A stretch of DNA of 64,000 nucleotides, taken from a candidate division WOR-3 bacterium (GTDB lineage Bacteria; Hydrothermota; 32-111). Numbering within the stretch: position 1 is the stretch's first letter; each line of letters begins with the position of its first letter. The translations under genes were made by a program, and so were the position numbers. The stretch covers positions 992,001-1,056,000 of the forward strand of contig JBDRZU010000001.1 in assembly GCA_039804105.1 (NCBI GenBank). Reading direction: 5' to 3'. Shown here in pieces: positions 61,167 through 64,000 of the stretch. The notes below the pieces were generated by a model. That model worked only from the letters and a program-made list of their open reading frames with translations, was not told the DNA's origin and ran no database searches.

Positions 61167-61870
61167 TTTGACTCCTTTTTATCTTTTAAAACCTTTAAAT
61201 ATGGAATAACTTTTTTATTCTCAGGAAATTTTTTTAACAGTTGATTCCAGAATTTTTCAGCATCATCATATTTTTTAAGATTATAATAGGAAAGACCAGC
61301 ATAAAAGTATGCTTCTTCCATGTTTTTGTTCAACTCAATACTTTTTTTAAAGTATATCAAAGCATTTGAGTATTTTTTCATCTCATAGTATACTCTTCCA
61401 ATTTTTAGCTTTATATCGGGATATTTTTTTGTTAAGTTATCAGCTTTTTTATAAGTTTCAAGAGCGTTATTAAAATCGTTTGTTTCAAAATAAAGATCTC
61501 CAAGTTGCAATAAAAGTTTTATTATCTTTTCCTTCTTACCAAAACCTGAGTTACCTTGTTTTTTTTCAAGTTTTGATGCTATATCAAACTGTTCCTCAGC
61601 AAGATCGTATTTTCCCATCTCATTATAGGTCAAAGCAAGATTTAAATGTGCTTCAACATAATTCGGATTAAGTTTTATTGCCTCTTTGAATTCTTTCTCG
61701 GCTTCTTCAAGATTATTCAAAAAATTGTAAGCAAGTCCAAGATAGTTTCTAACATCAGGCCAATCAGGGTGTTCTTTCAAAACATTCAGAAATGTAAAAA
61801 GTGCTTTTTTATACTCTCCCTTATCAAGCATTTCCTTCCCATCTTTAATAAGGTCTTTAACATTTTTCAT
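61163..61870 (-). CDS. TPR-repeat protein
   Basis: Several canonical TPRs (YLGLAY, AHLNLA, AYFYAGLSY). Confidence 0.88.
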   Translation of the reverse strand: MKNVKDLIKDGKEMLDKGEYKKALFTFLNVLKEHPDWPDVRNYLGLAYNFLNNLEEAEKEFKEAIKLNPNYVEAHLNLALTYNEMGKYDLAEEQFDIASKLEKKQGNSGFGKKEKIIKLLLQLGDLYFETNDFNNALETYKKADNLTKKYPDIKLKIGRVYYEMKKYSNALIYFKKSIELNKNMEEAYFYAGLSYYNLKKYDDAEKFWNQLLKKFPENKKVIPYLKVLKDKKESK

Positions 61871-62047
61871 AAACACCTCTTTAAAAATTTTAGTTTTTTA
61901 GTTTATCATAAAAATTTTGTAAAATCAATATTTTTAAGGAAAATTTTATTATCCTGTTTTGAGAATAACAGATTATTTAATTGTATAAAATCATCAAATT
62001 TGGTAAAAACCAAAATCCTTTAAGTTATTATTTAAAACAACTTATAA

Positions 62048-62076
62048 AAAAATGTCAAAAAGTCAAGCACCGTCCC
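62048..62076. repeat. Dispersed 29-bp element, copy 2
   Basis: Identical to 24862-24890. Confidence 0.9.
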
Positions 62077-62128
62077 CGGATTGTTGATATGATATTGATT
62101 TTTAGGATAAAAGTTGTAAAATGAATTT

Positions 62129-62533
62129 ATGTTTTATTTTGAATTTTACTTGAACACAAAAAACGACGAAGAAATTATCGATATAACTGATAAAGTTGAA
62201 CAGATTGTAAAAGGTTCAAATGTAAAAGATGGTTTGGTTCATGTTTATGTACCACATGCAACAGCAGGTATAATTTTAAACGAAAGTGCTGATCCAAATA
62301 TCAAAACAGATTTTTTAAACACTTTAAACAAATTTATTCCCAAAAGAGCAGGTTATCTACACGATAGAATCGATGGAAACGCAGCAGCACATATAAAAAG
62401 TTCTCTTGTTGGTTCAAGTATAACTCTACCTTTAAAAGATGGAAGATTGATCCTTGGCACATGGCAATCAATAATGTTTTGTGAATTTGATGGACCTAGA
62501 AACAACAGAAAAATTATCATTCAGATAATTTAA
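62129..62533 (+). CDS. yjbQ: YjbQ/UPF0047 family protein
   Basis: PHATAG, NE, GNAAAH, LGTWQ, EFDGPR. Confidence 0.92.
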   Translation: MFYFEFYLNTKNDEEIIDITDKVEQIVKGSNVKDGLVHVYVPHATAGIILNESADPNIKTDFLNTLNKFIPKRAGYLHDRIDGNAAAHIKSSLVGSSITLPLKDGRLILGTWQSIMFCEFDGPRNNRKIIIQII

Positions 62534-62697
62534 TTTTTGTTGTCACTGTTCTGATCTTTAAAAACAAATATCCAAAGTTTTATTATTACAAAAAACAAAA
62601 ATTGAACTAAAAAAGTTATCGGTATTGCCAATACAATTAAAAACAAACTCTTTGTAACATTGTTACTTTCCTTTATGATTTCTATCATATTATACAT
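62530..62697 (-). CDS. Small membrane protein, possible decarboxylase gamma (OadG-like) subunit; absent from the ORF track
   Basis: 55 aa MYNMIEIIKESNNVTKSLFLIVLAIPITFLVQFLFFVIIKLWIFVFKDQNSDNKN; AAGGA RBS; directly after oadB. Confidence 0.55.
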   Translation of the reverse strand: MYNMIEIIKESNNVTKSLFLIVLAIPITFLVQFLFFVIIKLWIFVFKDQNSDNKN

Positions 62698-62709
62698 CCT
62701 TTATCCTTT

Positions 62710-63831
62710 TTAACCCATCAAAAGTGGAACAAGAGCAAGTACAAGTCCACCTGCTATAACTGAACCAATCTGTCCTGAAAGATTTGCACTAACTGCTTCC
62801 ATAAGAATATAATTATTCTTATCCTCTTCCTGTGCAAGTTTATGAACAACTCTTGCACTCATAGGAAATGCAGAAATTCCAGAAGCACCAACCATTGGAT
62901 TGATTTTGTTTTTTAGAAAAAGGTTTAAAAATTTCGCAAACAGAATTCCACCAGCAGTATCAAAGATAAAAGCAAACAGTCCAAGCAACATAATTTTTAT
63001 AGTATCAAAAGTCAAAAATTTTTCCGCCTGCATAGTTGAACCTATCGCAATACCAAGCAGAAGAGTTGTTATAGACGCAAGTTCATTTTGAGCACTTTTT
63101 GAAAGTTTTTCAACAACTCCCGATTCTCTCAAAAGATTGCCAAGCATAAGAGAACCTATAAGAGGAACACTCATTGGAGCAATAAAACCTGAAATTAAAG
63201 TAACAATAATTGGAAAAGAAATTTTTAAGGATTTAGGAACATTTTTCCCATTCTTTTTCATTCTTATCAATCTTTCTTTTCTCGTTGTTAAAGATTTTAT
63301 CACAACTGGCTGTATCAAAGGAACAAGAGCCATATAGGAGTATGCTGCAACCGAAATTGCTCCAAGATAATTTTTTGCAAATTTTGTTGCGACATAAATT
63401 GAAGTTGGCCCATCAGCAGCACCGATAATTCCAATAGCACTTGAAACCTTAAAATCAAAACCAAGCAGAGTTGCAAAAAGTATTGTCGCAAAAATTCCAA
63501 ACTGTGCTGCTGCACCAAAAAACATCATAACTGGTTGAGTGAACATCGGTGTAAAATCACACATTGCACCAACTGCTATAAAAATGATTATTGGAAAAAG
63601 TTCTGTTGTTATTCCAGTATCAAATAGTATTTTTAAAAAACCGGAGACCCCTTCATGCTCAAGAACAACTGAAAGTGGAAGATTTACAAGTATGGTACTA
63701 AAACCGATTGGTAATAGCAGTAAAGGTTCATACTCTTTTTTGATTGCAAGGTAAATCAAAATCAATCCAACTAAAATCATTACCAACGATTGTATACTGG
63801 TTGATTTGAATCCAACAAAAAGTAAATCCAA
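62710..63831 (-). CDS. oadB: Na+-translocating decarboxylase beta subunit (OadB/MmdB/GcdB)
   Basis: YEPLLLLPIGF, GAAAQFG, IGAADGPT, AYSYMALVP, SAFPMSAR. Confidence 0.92.
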   Translation of the reverse strand: MDLLFVGFKSTSIQSLVMILVGLILIYLAIKKEYEPLLLLPIGFSTILVNLPLSVVLEHEGVSGFLKILFDTGITTELFPIIIFIAVGAMCDFTPMFTQPVMMFFGAAAQFGIFATILFATLLGFDFKVSSAIGIIGAADGPTSIYVATKFAKNYLGAISVAAYSYMALVPLIQPVVIKSLTTRKERLIRMKKNGKNVPKSLKISFPIIVTLISGFIAPMSVPLIGSLMLGNLLRESGVVEKLSKSAQNELASITTLLLGIAIGSTMQAEKFLTFDTIKIMLLGLFAFIFDTAGGILFAKFLNLFLKNKINPMVGASGISAFPMSARVVHKLAQEEDKNNYILMEAVSANLSGQIGSVIAGGLVLALVPLLMG

Positions 63832-63923
63832 TTTTCCTCCACTATCGATATTTCTTTAATAAAACATCTTCTTTTTGCAATCTAAAATTTTTTCTATCTA
63901 TTAAAATTTAAAACACTTACAAA

Positions 63924-63952
63924 AAAAATGTCAAAAAGTCAAGCACCGTCCC
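63924..63952. repeat. Dispersed 29-bp element, copy 3
   Basis: Identical to 24862-24890. Confidence 0.9.
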
Positions 63953-64000
63953 CAGATTTAGTTTTTAACTTTAAAACAAATAGTTTTGTGGTTTCAGATA

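Noticed and set aside
1947..63754. Numerous short ORFs antisense to or nested within the called genes
   Set aside because: Shadow frames of well-supported genes; no recognisable motifs.

Overview
AT-rich chromosomal window from a probably anaerobic diderm bacterium (SurA-like PPIases, LptD-like protein, korDABC, Fe-S fumarase, Na+-decarboxylase beta subunit); the taxon cannot be assigned from sequence alone. Housekeeping genes (1-13.2 kb and 47.0-64 kb) flank a ~34 kb, entirely minus-strand defence island with two parts. (1) A type III-D-like CRISPR-Cas locus: HD-less GGDD Cas10, Csx10, Cas7-Cas7, Csx19, Cas7-insertion and Cas6, an I-B-like Cas4/Cas1/Cas2 module, two arrays (39 and 8 spacers, same 31-bp repeat, near-identical leaders) and three CARF effectors, one fused to a beta-CASP nuclease. 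(2) A kinase/FHA/radical-SAM/ClpB-like AAA+/coiled-coil/PP2C/DUF1848 operon. The best candidate for a new system is the cassette heading the cas operon: an ECF-like sigma factor, a CalpT-like putative anti-sigma and a Lon-type protease whose C-terminal part is a TPR solenoid instead of the SAVED sensor of CalpL. A shared promoter-like motif may link this sigma to both the cas operon and the kinase/AAA operon. DNA-level oddities: an apparent off-target spacer integration at the cas6 3' end, a half-deleted first repeat forming a terminator-like hairpin in array 2, spacers overlapping RBS/start codons, and a dispersed 29-bp element. All family calls come from reading motifs by eye; no database searches were run.
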